A stretch of DNA of 64,000 bases from the human T2T-CHM13v2.0 reference genome, Homo sapiens (GCF_009914755.1 NC_060942.1); one strand, 5' to 3'. Counted from the stretch's first letter, positions 1 through 13,983 are shown. Translations and numbers: made by a program. The notes: generated by a model not told the origin, from the letters alone.

Positions 1-189
1 CAGACGGCCTCTGCTACTTGTTCCCTAAATCTTAGCCATGGATGTTACCAGTGCCTGGGGTTTCAGAGGCAGCTGAGATAAGGTGAGACTGATATGGACC
101 GAGGGACTGAGACAGCAGGGGCCAGACTTGGGGTGGCTCCTCCAGAGAAAGTGCCCTTTGGGGTTGATTGATACTACTTATATGCACTT

Positions 190-290
190 CAGTTGGACAT
201 ACTCTTATTTTTCCTCTTAACAATCCTGTAAGGCAGGTTAGAGAGATGACATCGTTCCCATTTTTATAGAGAAAAAGGAATAGGCCAAAA
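190..290 (-). mobile_element. MIR fragment
   Basis: cctcttaacaatcctgtaaggcagg...cccatttttatagagaaaaagg resembles the MIR core in antisense. Confidence 0.5.
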
Positions 291-889
291 TGATGGTTGT
301 TTTTCCAACTGGAATTTGCCCTCAGGGCCATCCACATGAGAACCACCAAGAAAAGTAGCTTATGGAATTGCATTTGTACATCAAACCCCTATGGAGAGAG
401 TGATATTCAAAGTGTTTTCAGTTGAGTGATTTGCATAATTGTGTCAGTTATTTGTATGTAAACGGACTTTTAAAAAGCATCCAACCATTCATTTCATAAT
501 CATCTGACATGTTTATAATATTTTAATACAATTAATTTGCACTATAAGGCACAGGTTTGTTTCAGAAGGCTCAACATAGGCCTACTTCAATGATGAATTC
601 CAACTTAGTCAGACTTGGATAAATGGAACCACATGGTACACTTCATAAAGGAAAAGCATTTTGGATAACAGGATAAAAAGAGCCGGCCGATGAGTGCCTG
701 ATACACTGTAGGCACTCCAGACCCAATTGTTGAACAAATGGAGGGAGGGATTAAAGAATGACTAGATGCTTTGGTTTCCTTTGTGAATGCTGTTACACCG
801 GATGTGAATGAGGCTTCTCACTGCTACTTAATCTGGCTATTAGAAATGACGTGAAAGATACAAAATCCACCCAGGCTTCAGAATTCCCG

Positions 890-1672
890 CGTCTATTCAA
901 TTAACATGCCCGAAACTTAGGTGTCCACTTGACACTTCTCTCTTCTTGTTCACCTATGGCCAACCCTTTATTAGGTTCTGTAAACTTTCCCCTCTACATA
1001 GATCTCAAACCCTTCCATCAGTATTTCCCCTACCCTAACCCCAGCTATATCTTCTCTTGCCTGGATGACTATAATAGCCTTCCAAGGGCTATGCTTCATC
1101 CATCTGGGTCCCTCTGACCACTTCCCAGAGTGCCAGCAGAGTTATTCTTTCCAAACACCAATCTGATTACTGCTGCCCCTCTCCCAATCCTCCCCATCAC
1201 TTACTCTTGGGTGAAGACCAGGTGCCTGTCCCTGCAGTCTGCATCACTGCTTCCTCCGTCTCTTACTCCAGCCAGTTAAGCCCTGAGTTCCTCCCCCTTT
1301 GCTAAGCCTCTCCTGGCTTGGTAAAATACTGTTCCTTCTTTTTTCTCCCTGGAACTTCGTCTCTGTTCTGTCTCTCTTGCCCAGGCCCCTTCATCCTTTA
1401 GATCTCAGTGTGTGGCACTTCTGACCCTGGTCCAGGCCATTTTGGCCCTCTTTAAGTTAATGCTACCAGAACCCCATATTCCTTTTCCTTCAAAGCACTC
1501 ATCTCTGTCAGTTGTTCAATTATTCGATGAATGTCTGCCTCTCTGTCTGGACTATAAGCTCCATGAGATTGGAGGCTCTGAATGCTTTTTCTCACCATTG
1601 TGTCTCCAGCATTTAACACAGTAGTTCCTATACAGCAAGCACAAATATTTGTTCAATGAATGAATGAATGGA
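890..1672 (+). mobile_element. L2 LINE 3' fragments
   Basis: tcttgcctggatgactataatagcc...ctggactataagctccatgag...aaatatttgttcaatgaatgaatgaatg, a typical L2 3' end with (TGAA)n tail. Confidence 0.7.
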
Positions 1673-3442
1673 CCTAATGAACACAGGCTTATTATGCTTA
1701 AAGGATAATCTGTTTTGTTTTCTTCAGTTATCTCAAACCAAACTCATCAACAAGCAAAACATTATTTACATCTAGCATGTTTTTATGAATGAAAAGCCAG
1801 AGCGAGTTGTGTCTCACTTCTGCATGAGTAAGCTATTAAAATAAGCATACATGCTTGCATCCAAAAATTTCATTTTTATTCCCAAGATAGTTCGTCCTAA
1901 AGATGGAGCAAATAAATGCTCTGTTTGCTTGGGAAATTATAAACTGCAGTCCAAAAGAAGGTTCAGAAATGCAGTTTAATAAACACTAAATAAAAACGTT
2001 GGTGAAGTAATGGTTCACAAACATCATTTGAATGACTCAAATGCAATGCAAATGGGAAAAGATCTTAGCTAAAAACATCACATCAGAAGTAGAAAACTAT
2101 CACTCTGATTCAGAAACATTAAGACAAGAAAGCATTTGTGCAAGCAATTGTTATTGCTAAATGCAGAGCTAAATGGAAGTTTAAGAAAGTTCTCTGATAA
2201 AATACATCTGTCACTAATTACTCTTACATTTAAAAACCTAAATTGCTTTGGATAAATAATTTGATGCCAAAAGGTCCATAATGCATTATTCAACGCAAAT
2301 CGAATAATACGCTTTCATCATCATCTAGTTGAAGTCTTACTGAAGTTACTTTCCTAATACTTAAGTGGCATAATTTGTACAATGATTACTGAAGGCTTCC
2401 CCCAAAATAAATATCTCACATCAGAGTAAGTTGAATGGTCGGTAAATCACATTACTTAAGTAAATATGAAACAAGCTATTACTGTGCACCCCTACTATGC
2501 AAGCCCTGGCAAAGAATTACAAACACAAAAATCTTACAGCTAGAAGAGAGACCTCTAGTGTGTGTTGGAGAACTTTATATATTGTGCTTCAGGCATAATT
2601 AATACAGCAAAATCACTGCAGTCGTCTTGCATACTGTGGTGGGAGATTTTTGACAAATATCTTTCACCCTCAATTCATTTCAAAATTTCTTCCCGGCTGT
2701 GTGACATTTTTGCCTAATTAGATACCTTCTTCTTAACATAAGCCTAACCCAATGAAGTTTTCTCCGTGATGCAAAGTTTTAAAGTTTCATGGTCACCTTT
2801 GCAACCTAATTAGTAAACATTTAACCTACTGTCATCATAACAACTGCTCACAATTCTTTCCATTCAGGCAGCAGCAGGACTCCCGAGTCAAACTGTTGCA
2901 GTCAGTGTTTTAGTTTCCTGAATATCAGCCCCTCGTAGTAAGCCAAATGCCACACAAATACAAACACGAGGAATAAATCGGCACACTGCCCATTATCCAG
3001 GAGACAAACGGATCCACTGCTATTTTAAATTCACCAAGTAGGCTATTAGTTGCCACAGATTCCCATATATGTAGGTGAATTCCTTGATGCAGAATCAGGT
3101 TTAATGAATCATTCTACAGCATCAGCCTCAGCCTTTTAAAATCCTTTATTTTCTCCTTTTCCACATTAAAAACACATTTGAGATATACACAGAAAATGTT
3201 TCTCTAAAAAAACGCACACATACACACAAAACAGGAGGTCTCTTAAGGAGTCTACTGCTGAGAAGGTAAAAGCATTTTGCTCATTTTTAATTTGCTAAAA
3301 CAATCCAAGCATGCTTGGTACCCAGAGGGTATTCTCAAATAAACTTGTATCTCTAGCTGCCAGCTTAGTTGATTGAAAACAGAAGGCAAACGTTTCTTAA
3401 AGAATATGTTAAACTGTTATGTCTCCCAGTACCACTCAGGAT

Positions 3443-3480
3443 ACACACACACACACACACAGACACACACACGCACACAT
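3443..3480. repeat. (CA)n microsatellite, imperfect
   Basis: Directly visible dinucleotide run. Confidence 0.95.
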
Positions 3481-3749
3481 ACCGCATAGTCAAGGATTTG
3501 CTTGAAAGCAGCCAGTTCTATTATCTAAAAGGTAATACATTTGTACCAAATTACTCCTGCCTACTGCGGTGCACCTTTTAGCGAAGAAGCCAGTGCCACT
3601 GGGATCCTGGACAGTTCTGGTGTGCCATTCTCCACGTACAAAGCCAACGGCCCCATTTGCGACTTTGCTAACTTAGTTGGCTTCCGCCCAGCCGAACCCC
3701 GAAGCACAGTCACTGAAAACGTTTTGATACCAGAAAATCATTTCCACGA

Positions 3750-5320
3750 CAGTGCAAGTGTTCGAAAGCACAAAGGCAGACTGTCTACCCGCGACAGTTC
3801 GCAAGTTGCGGTGGCGGGGCGGCTGTGCGGAGCGCGCGTGCAGGTAAGGGATTCCTGCACCCAGGTCTGCTTTCCTCTTCCTGGATGTTTTGGGGCTCGA
3901 CCTCACTTTTAACGCGAATTCACCATTACGCGCCCCCCACCCCGTTCTTTTTCCAGGAGGCGCGGACTGTTTTCCAGCCAGGTCCCTCTTGGGGGCGGGA
4001 GAGGAAGCACACTTCACATTCAATAAAGAAGGGTGGCGGGAGTGGGTAGGGGGGCGGCGGCAGTTGGGGGGGCGGAGGAGGAAAGAGGTCAGAAAGGAGC
4101 CAAACTGAATCCCTCCCGCCCACCTCTGCGCCCCGAGCGCTGGTTCAGACGGCGGAGGCCAGAGGCGGCCGGGAAACTGTCCCTTTAAGGGAACCTAGGC
4201 CGCCAGGAGGGGAGGGAAGGATGCGGGCTCCTGACTTGGCGCTGACCGCAGCGCCGGGAAGAGGCGAGCGCAGCAAAGCCACAGCCATTACCTGCAGCGC
4301 TCGCATCCTTCCCCCGTCCCAGCGCCGCCCCCACCCCCTCCCCGCCTCCCAAGGAGACTTCTAATCCGGAGCATGTGCTGTGCCCTTTATCCGGGGAGGA
4401 GGTGGGGAGGAAGAGGAATAAGAGCTTTTTAAAAATAAATGAAACGTTTGCATCCAAAAGGGGGAGGAGGGCTGGAGATGGGAGGGAGTGGGAGGGGGCT
4501 TTAAAGGCGCCTGGGTGGGCGGAGGCGGCGAATCTGGACCAGCCCGGCCGGCGACGAAGAGCGCCGGGCACCGGCCGCGGCCCACAAAGGGGAGCGGCGT
4601 GGTCCGGCCCGGGCAAAAGGGGGAAGGAAAAACCGCCCCGGGCCCCAGTCCGCTCGGCCGCCACAATGGCGTCTTTCACGGGGCGTCCGGGGGCGCCGCC
4701 AAGGCTGCCTGCGAGAAGGGGGCGGCGGGGCCCCTACCCCCGGCAGGAGCGCAGCCCCGGGCGCCGCCGCCCCCTGCGCGCCCCGCAGAGATGTGCGCTT
4801 GGCTCTGGGCGCCCCCGCGGCGCTGGGCGCTCTCGGCGGGGCCGGTTTGCGGGCGCGGAGCTTTGCGCCGGGGAAGAAAGGGACGCGCGGGGCTCGGGGG
4901 AGGAGGGAGGGGCTCGGGGAGGGCGGGGGAGAGCCGCGGCGGAGCGGCCGCGGGGAGGCTGGCGCGCGGAGCGGCGGGCGGGCGGCTCTGGCACGGGCTC
5001 CCAGAGCCGCGGCGGCTCCTCTCCGAGATCCGGAACCCGGCCCAGAGATCCGGAAACCCGGCCCCCGGCCGCGGCCCCTGCTGGCCGCACCCGCTCCTCC
5101 TGCCCGCTCTGCTCCGCCCTGCTCGCGCCAGCTCCCACTGGAGGAAGAAAGCCGAGAACCGGGAGCGGCAGCCCCGGAGGAGGCGGCGGCCCCTGCCCCG
5201 CCGCGGGTCCAAGCGGATTCCTAGTCGCCCGCCGCGGCGGGCGGCGTGTGTGCGAGTGTGCCGCGCTCTCGCCCCATGCCTGGCACATGCGTAAAAGCGA
5301 GTTGCGCCCAAAGTCCCAGC
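3750..5320. promoter_or_regulatory. CpG island promoter
   Basis: Very GC-rich with dense CpG against AT-rich, CpG-poor flanks. Multiple GGGCGG boxes, a YY1-like ACAATGGCG (4663-4671) and an NRF1-like GCACATGCG (~5283-5291). Confidence 0.92.
4292..4480 (-). other. Candidate first exon A of a minus-strand gene (5' boundary unknown)
   Basis: Minus strand reads GGATGCGAGCGCTGCAG|GTAATG, a strong donor after 4292 inside the CpG island. No downstream coding exon is recognisable in 1-4291. Confidence 0.5.
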
Positions 5321-5368
5321 CATACCCTCCTTAGCAAATAATAACAAACCCAAACCGTCAGATCTTAC

Positions 5369-5520
5369 CTGAAACATTGAAGCACAAAGTCTCTCTCCAA
5401 GTCCCCTTTTCCTTTTCCTCTCCCCCCTTTTCCGATTTCTCTCCCAGCGATCTGCTCGGCTCGCCACACCAGAGAGAAATGCAATAGCTTGGCTAAGGTA
5501 GACAGAACAAAATACAGAGA
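5369..5520 (-). other. Candidate alternative first exon B of the same minus-strand gene (5' boundary unknown)
   Basis: Minus strand reads CTTCAATGTTTCAG|GTAAGA, a consensus donor after 5369 at the upstream edge of the island. Confidence 0.5.
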
Positions 5521-7319
5521 AGAGTTGCTCCAGGGCTTTGAAACCCCTCAAGGCAAGGATCAGGATACAATTAGCTCATGCCTCTACCTCTAGTCTAAAT
5601 CAATCTCCAAAATAAAACTTAAATCAAATTAACCGATCACAGGGCAAACAATTGATCTCCTTCAAAAATAAAGCTCTACATATACGTATAGAGAAATATA
5701 CACATAGGAAATTTTTTTCCAGATTTTTTTTTGGTGGAAAAACAGTCTCATTCCAGCCTCTAACTTGCTTTTTACCCTCCTCTTGCACAGAAAAGCTGAT
5801 TTTAATCGTTGTGATTAGTTTTGATGTAACGTTTCCGCGGGCGATTTCTGCAAATGGATGGAGTGTTTCTTTGCCAAAAGAGGGAAAAGCAGCAGATGAT
5901 GATAATTATAAGGATTGTTGGTTGTTTCTTTTTATTTGTGTCTAGGGCTCTCTCTTCACTTTCTCAAGTTGACCTGACATTGCTGTTACACTAAGGTCGC
6001 ACAACTTGTTGAGGATCATCGCCCTGTCTGATAAAAGGATAGGTGATAATTTGGCAATAGAGCAGCACATTTTTGGTTCCTTTGGCGACATAACGTCCCA
6101 AATGACGTGGATAAAAATAAGCACATGCAGTCTGCTTTGCCCCAATCAAGTCTGAATCAGCGCCTGAGGGTGATACACAAACTCATTTCAAATGTTCAAC
6201 CATGCAGAATTGTAGAAAGATTGAAGGAGTGACACCGCATTTTTTTTAATGGCAAAATTAAAAGAAAACAAAACCCACATTTGGTGTAGCCAAGGACCTA
6301 CCATTCAGTTTTATTTGATCAACCTTCTGAACACACCTCACCTCCTCCTCCCTTCTCTTTGCTATTCTCCACCTGGTATCTTTTATAGGGGGGGTTGTAT
6401 AATTCCATTATTTGACGGAAGTGCTCAACAGAGCTAGACAGGCTAACATAAATACATTTCCCCAGATTGTTACTCTGGTTCTGACCTCCCCCACTCCTCA
6501 TCAGTTCTTCCTCTCTAGGTCTTTGTTCAGGGAGATTGTGCCTGGGCCAGTGGTTATCTTAGTTCTTTTTAGTTAGGGTGGGATATTTGGTTATAAACTC
6601 AAGGATCACCTCCCATTACTGTTATATCCTTGTAGGATACTTTTTGAAATGGTATGTTTTTGAGCACTTCACAGTTCATTAATTCAAAGACTTTGCTGAC
6701 ATTTCTTATGGAAAAGATCAGGTTATATGGCCAAGGATGCTAAAGAAAGAAAGTAACCCTAAATAGAACCAGACATGTCCTGCAAATACCTGCAACTGGC
6801 AGCATTTCACAGGAAGTATTTTTTAACCATCATTTTTCCTTTAAGGTAAGCAACTGCTGCAATGCCAACAGAAAAGGGAAGGACCGAGCTTTTAAAAAGT
6901 AAATAGAGTCAATCAGATTAGTGCATAATACATGAAAGATTAACATCATAATGAGAACCAGGGGTGTTGGCAGATTTTTTTTAATGTAACAAGTTTATAT
7001 TACATGAGAATCTTTGCACATTCTTTTTCTCTCTATCCCCACACACAAGGTTGATACATTCTCTGATCTACAATAAAAAATTTTAAATGTCCACAAGCCC
7101 TAAATTCAATGGAATAAAAACTTTGTTCTTGCCCCTAAATGGCACTAAATGTTAATACAGGAGAGTGTGAGAAGAAAAGAGACTATGGAAGAAATATCCC
7201 CAATCACTGATATGATGACTGAACACATTAAAGGTGTGGCCTAAAGTGACTTTTAATTAAAAACAAACAAACAAAAACAATCAAGTGTCACATAGAGAAC
7301 CATGCATCATTGTCCTAGA

Positions 7320-7420
7320 ATTTTAGAACTGGAAAGATCCTTTGCAGGCATCTAGTCCTTTGGCATCATTTTATAGACGAGGGAAATAGGCAGCTTGCCC
7401 AGTGTCAGGAGCCAGCCATT
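7320..7420 (-). mobile_element. MIR/MIR3 fragment
   Basis: tagaactggaaagatcc...atctagtcc...cattttatagacgagggaaa...cttgcccagtgtca. Confidence 0.6.
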
Positions 7421-9471
7421 GACAGGGGATCGGCCGCAAGAGGCAGGACAAGAAGAAAGGTGAGTGACGTTCCTCTGCAAGCCCTGACCCTGCAAAGTTG
7501 AGCATAGCATTCTAAATTTTGTTGACATGGCTTGAACCGTACTTTTGAAATTCCCTTTTTGAGATTGTCCTCAAATCCTGTAGCACAATCTTCTAAATAT
7601 CTTTGATGGCAACAAAGTTTTGATCTTTGATCATTTAACTTTGGAAACAACAACACAAAAATTTATTGCCAGGTCTAGACATTAAGTAGATGAGAAAGAT
7701 GGCTTATGCTACTTAGAGTCAAAAAAAGAAAATAGGACTAAAAACAGGACAGTTTTCTTATTAGTTCCTAAGAGGAATAAAGACAGTTCTCAAATTTTAA
7801 GCAATGAAATTATTACTGGAAAAAGGGCTTTCCTTTTTAAGATAACTGCTCTGAAGGGAATAATATTCATTTGAGTGAATTAAGTTCTGAAATGTACATT
7901 TATAAGACATTTTAATATTCCAGAATGATGTCATTTACAAAAAGATGATCTTTTAAAACATTAGGCCATTGAGATTTTAAAGTGATTCAACCTGTTTGGT
8001 TGATCTTGAACTTGTAGTAATTCCAGTGGCAAATAGACTGAAGGTAAATTTTCATTCTATTGTGGTGGGGATCTTTATTTTCTTGCATTTCAAAGGGATC
8101 TCAAAGTTGAGGCTGTATAAAATATTTTGAAAATTTATTTTGTTCCATGCAATAGAAAGAAATCAGTAAACTTCATGACCTTTAAATCAAGAGTAATGAA
8201 AATTTATTTTAAATTTTAAAATAGGCTGTCAGTGAAATAGCATGTGAAAAGTCAGGTTCATATCTTGCCAAGTACGAGATACAAACTTAACAGACTTCAG
8301 TCAGCCTCTGCAATCATAAAATGACCTGAAAGTACTTTTGTACTTTTTATCTAATTAATAATCTGCATTTTGGGGTGTCCGTAGCACCTTTTTCTCCATC
8401 TTTAAGAAATTCGGAAAAAGAGTATATTAAAAATCCATCTAACTTCCTTTTTTTTTCGTAAATAACTGGTATGAGACCAGCAGCCTAACAACCATTAGCC
8501 ACACGGAAGACAATGGCAATAAAATTGTCAGCAAGAAAACAATCAAGAAGAAAACTGGTTTCTTTCTGTTTTCATCTTCCAGGGTCTCACTGTCAAAATA
8601 AGTTCTACCACTTTTTAAACGCAGAAAAAACCAAGATAGGATATTTTGAATTGAAACTAGCAGCTCAGCTGAAAAAGGTTTGCACTACGACGGTTGTGGA
8701 AGAGAAAACGAGATGTTCTTGGAGGGGAGCAGCAGCCTCCCTTCTAATGTTAGCATGGGAAAGCACATTTGGTTGCATCACAGTCACGAACCCTCAGAGT
8801 GCAAGTTGCCACAGAACAGCACGGTTTTGTCCAGGGTAGCCCTGCGGTACATTCTTGGCGGTGATTTGACAAGATCTGGACATTAGCTGCTGAGATGAAA
8901 TGTGAAATTGCAGAGCCCTCCACTGAAGCAGTCAGACACTCAGATCAAATTTTAAAATCCCATTGCACTTTCCATCAGGAAGAAGAGAGATGCCTCAGTG
9001 CTTGGGCTCAACCTGGGTGTGCATAGATACCACTAGCTGTGGTGAGGCTGCCACAGTTTCCCCTACCTGGTCACTAAACAACAGCATTTCCATCATTGCT
9101 CCAGCGGAATCCACCTGTGACTACCATGAGAGGCCCTGCTGCATGGGAAGGCTAATTATATTGTTTTATTTTATCCCTGGGTCAGTTTTTTTTGTGGGAA
9201 AATCACCTGGTTATTATCAGCCAACCTGAAACCCCCTATAATGCTGCGGAATGTGCACATTTTCCTGGAGTTGAATAGAAGTATTAATGAGCTCTAACAA
9301 AATGGGTTTGTGATTCCTGGAGTTTGGCCCCAGCCACCACCTGTTTATAATTAGCCTCTGGAAAACCTATTAGTTTCCTGTATCACTGTCAATATTGACT
9401 TTGTAATATCTCATCTTCTGAGAAGGTAAATCTTCTAATAGTTGCAGATACACCAATGGGCATATTTCTGA

Positions 9472-9915
<444 letters not shown>

Positions 9916-10134
9916 TAAAACAATACAGATGTATGAAGAAATAAAACCCGACTATGATTGGATACCCTGACACCTGTTTTTGATAGTCTTATTCAGTTGA
10001 GAAATCTGTTTGTCCACAAGGAGGTAGATGTGTGGAGAAAGTTGTGAAGCATCTGTATTCATTACTGGCATTTGAAATTCTTTGCTGGATACTTACCTTC
10101 TATATTTTAAATAAATAATTGCAAGTAGGTTTTA

Positions 10135-10335
10135 TGACTCTAGTTGAGTTACAATAGTAATTCTGCCACCTTAACTTGTGGTGTTACCTGATCCTTAGTT
10201 TTTTTAGCCATACAATATGAATGAAAATATCTATTTTGAAGGGTTATTTTGAGGTTAAATGGGATAATATATGGAAAGTGTCTAGAACTGAGCCTAGCAC
10301 ACAGTCAGTTCTCAATAAATGATAGCAACTATTAT
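10135..10335 (+). mobile_element. MIR
   Basis: gggttattttgaggttaaatgggataatatatggaaagtg...cctagcacacagtcagttctcaataaatg matches the MIR 3' half. Confidence 0.75.
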
Positions 10336-11608
10336 CATTTTGGTTTATAGTAGCTGAATAAGTCACATGGTCTCTAGTGTTTAACAGCATAGAAGAAGGA
10401 TACCTTTGCAATAGGAGTACTAATTTATCAACATCTCTGTGGCTAATCTTTTTAAAAGATAAATAACTAAATCTTGTTTTATTATTTCATCTAGAAATTA
10501 CATGGACATCTCACTTTGTCACATGTAAAATAATGGGGTGAAATGAGATTTTCTCCAAGGTAAATCCTAGCTATGAAAAATCATATGTTTGTGATGCTGC
10601 TTACTAGTGAACACACCTTCTTTTTGTTCCATTGAGGATCCTTGATTTTGACAAGACTGCCTCACACATATAAAACAATTAATTAAGCATTATGTATAAT
10701 TGCTCGTGTAAGAAGTGGTACTTGACTAGAATTCTGCCATGAACCTCTTTCTTCATAATTATTTGCTTTTTGCCTTTCAGGAGTTACAAAATCAGTATAA
10801 GCAAGCACTTCACAAACAAAATTTAAAAAAAAGAAAATGCAGTTTTCAAAATAGGAAGAAATAAACTTCAGGGCTGATTGAAATCTCTAAGAAATAGTTC
10901 AATCAATCAATCATATCATACCATCCTATTTTCTACATTCTCCAGTTTATGTATTAAATATATTCTTTGCTAAGCTTCAGACCTTATCATTTTCAGATTA
11001 TTCCATGTAATCTGTTAGGCTATCCATTTTAAAGCTAGTGGCTTTTTAAAGAAATGCAGTGGCTGTTTTAAAGAAACATTTTTAATAAGATATGCATTTC
11101 CTTAGATATTTTGTACTAGTTCATATTCCAGTGCCTCCTAGTAAACTCTCTGGCGCTGAAAGTTACTTCTGTTTGCAGTGTAATGTGTCACATGCACAGC
11201 CCATCCGGTACAGAACCACTTAGCTTTGCTTCACTGTTCTACTGTCTGAACCAAGGCCATTCATGAGAAACCCCATAATACAATTGCGGCACCTCCGGGG
11301 CACCATATACATTTATGTAAGTTATCTCTTTTTGCATCCTTTGGGTGTCAGAACCTCTCAGCTTTGCTAACCATAAAAAGTCCGCCTTAAGCATATTACT
11401 AACTTTAAAACTCTAATGATATGGATGTCATATTTCAATTTTTAAGAAACCTTTCCCTGCTCCACCCCTGAAAAAATCCAATAAAACTTATCCAGTGGAA
11501 TCATGCTATGGTTAAACATATAAAATGTATTTAAAAGAAAAAGAATTGTGAATATGCTATAGCCAACCTCCCCCCACCAAAAAAAAAAAAAACACAAAAA
11601 ACAAAAAC

Positions 11609-11643
11609 CACACACACACACACACACGCGTGCACACACACAC
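11609..11643. repeat. (CA)n microsatellite after an A-rich run
   Basis: Directly visible. Confidence 0.9.
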
Positions 11644-11704
11644 CCCCAAAGGTCAAGAACAACAAAAATATCTTGTCAATAAGTAATAATTAAACAAGAA
11701 ACAA

Positions 11705-12033
<329 letters not shown>

Positions 12034-12932
12034 TTAACTCTAACTCTGGCAAGAGCCGCTGTAAACAAATTGCTGCTGATACCAAGAATCTTTGCACTTT
12101 CTTTAAAGTTATCAGGAGAGAAAGCAGTTTCTAGGGTCTTAATGAGTATTAGCCTGATCAGTTAAAATGTGCACTGGGAGATGGGGAGCAAATCAACAGG
12201 ACTATTCGGTATGGACGTTTAAATGATTTCAACATTACTTTTACTAATAACATTAATAATAGTAGTGATAAGAAACAATGATGACTGATGGTACAAAACT
12301 TCCATTGTGTAAAGACCATCTGGTTATGAGAGTCAGACATGAAAATCTGAAATTAAATCCTCAATCTGTCCCTCTAAGGTTGCTTTGTACATAATGAATA
12401 TCTTAATTTTTAAAAAAGGAAAAAGAAATTGATTGTACCAAACGTACAGCAGCTCCTGCTGAGAAAACAAAGTTGGTGTGTCTATTTCTTTTCTAATTGT
12501 AGATGTCCCTAAACAAAACAAAGCCTCTGTGAAAGAGCTTGCAGATAATGGTAGTAACTCATCAGCCTTTTATCTTGTTTCTTTGTGTCTGAAGATTTTC
12601 ACAGATAAAGCATTATTATACTCCTATTATTCATTATTTCCCCAAGGCAAGGGCAAGCATTACTGCAGGTTTTCTTCCTATAGTAAAGCCTACTTAAAGA
12701 TGTCTTTTGGGGGGAGAAGAAGCTAAACCTTGGGTCTTCTACAACAAATACATAGTTTAAAACTTATCTTTATGTAGTAAAGACAGATATCAAAGAGAAA
12801 GCATCTAACTCAGAACCCAGAAGATGGCCAGTATTCATACATATTTGTTATTTTAGTTTTATTGATCATACCCAGGGTTTAACTCTTTCTAACTTTTGGA
12901 TTTTCTGGCAATATCAAAATAGAGTGGAGATA

Positions 12933-13215
12933 GAAGGACAAATATCGTGTGATTCCATTTATGTAGGGTACTTAGGATAGTCAAATTCATAAAGTTAGAA
13001 GGTAGAATAGTATTTACCTGGGGTTGGGGAGAGGAAAGAATGGGGAGCTGTTGTTTAAGGGGTACAGAGTTTCAATTTGGGAAGATGAAAAAGATCTGTA
13101 CGTGGATGGTGGTGATGGTTGGACAACAACGTGAGTTGTACTTAATGCCAGTGAACTGTACACTTAAAAATCATTAAAATGGAAAATTTTATATATTTTT
13201 TGGCACAATTAAAAA
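12933..13215 (+). mobile_element. Old L1 (L1MB-like) 3' end
   Basis: aaggacaaatatcgtgtgattccattt...tacagagtttcaatttgggaagatgaaaaag...gaactgtacacttaaaaat. Confidence 0.85.
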
Positions 13216-13957
13216 TGAGTAAAATATACAAATATTAAACTCTAAGAAACAGGTGAGAGGAAAAAAGTACAATACGGTAAAAAACAAAGCAAGGCATCTA
13301 GTTCTCTGATTCTCTCCATAATTAGTGTTACATCTGAGTTACACCTGGTCACGATGGCCCATAAAGAAGTGGGGCAGAAACCCCAGGACCTTGTGTTGAC
13401 CACATGGTCAATGTGTTGATCACATTGAAGACCCAGCGTGAGTGGGAGCTGGGTCTGATCACCATTCTTTGTCCGGCACAGCTAAAATGCCCCATTCATT
13501 GCAGATTCCTTCACTGTGGTATAAAAACTTGGATATTCTGAGCCAAATCAAATCACTGGAAATTGCTAAATGGTGTGTCTGGATACTTGAAATTATGTAG
13601 GCAAAATAGCCTGGTGTTTGACAATATTTTAGACATGTCCTATGTGTTTGTCATTGTGTAGATGTGAACTTGTACGTGAAAATACAAAATTTACAACAGC
13701 TTGCAGATTCATAAAATAATGAACTAAACTGGTTATTTAGAATCGTGAAACAAAAACCTGTTTTTACTTTTTTTTTTTTTTTTTTTTGAGGTTTGGATTG
13801 GGTTAGAGGTAGCTAAAGCCTTGATTTTCTTTCGTAATTTCTGTGGCCATCTAGAGATGCCTGTTGTGTCCATTTAGCCTAAATAGCTACCTCTGGTCTC
13901 ATTGTACTTGCTACAGTTTTATTGGTGCTCTTTTATTTTCTGAAAATAGAGTTCTTT

Positions 13958-13983
13958 TTGTTGTTGTTGTTGTTGTTGTTGTT
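13958..13983. repeat. (TTG)n microsatellite
   Basis: Directly visible. Confidence 0.9.

Noticed and set aside
4185-5551. Long overlapping ORFs (up to 319 aa) on both strands of the CpG island
   Set aside because: Arg/Gly/Pro/Ala-rich and open in many frames at once, as expected from stop-codon scarcity at high GC; no recognisable domain
6771-6780. p53 half-site AGACATGTCC (also at 13631-13640)
   Set aside because: No adjacent second half-site
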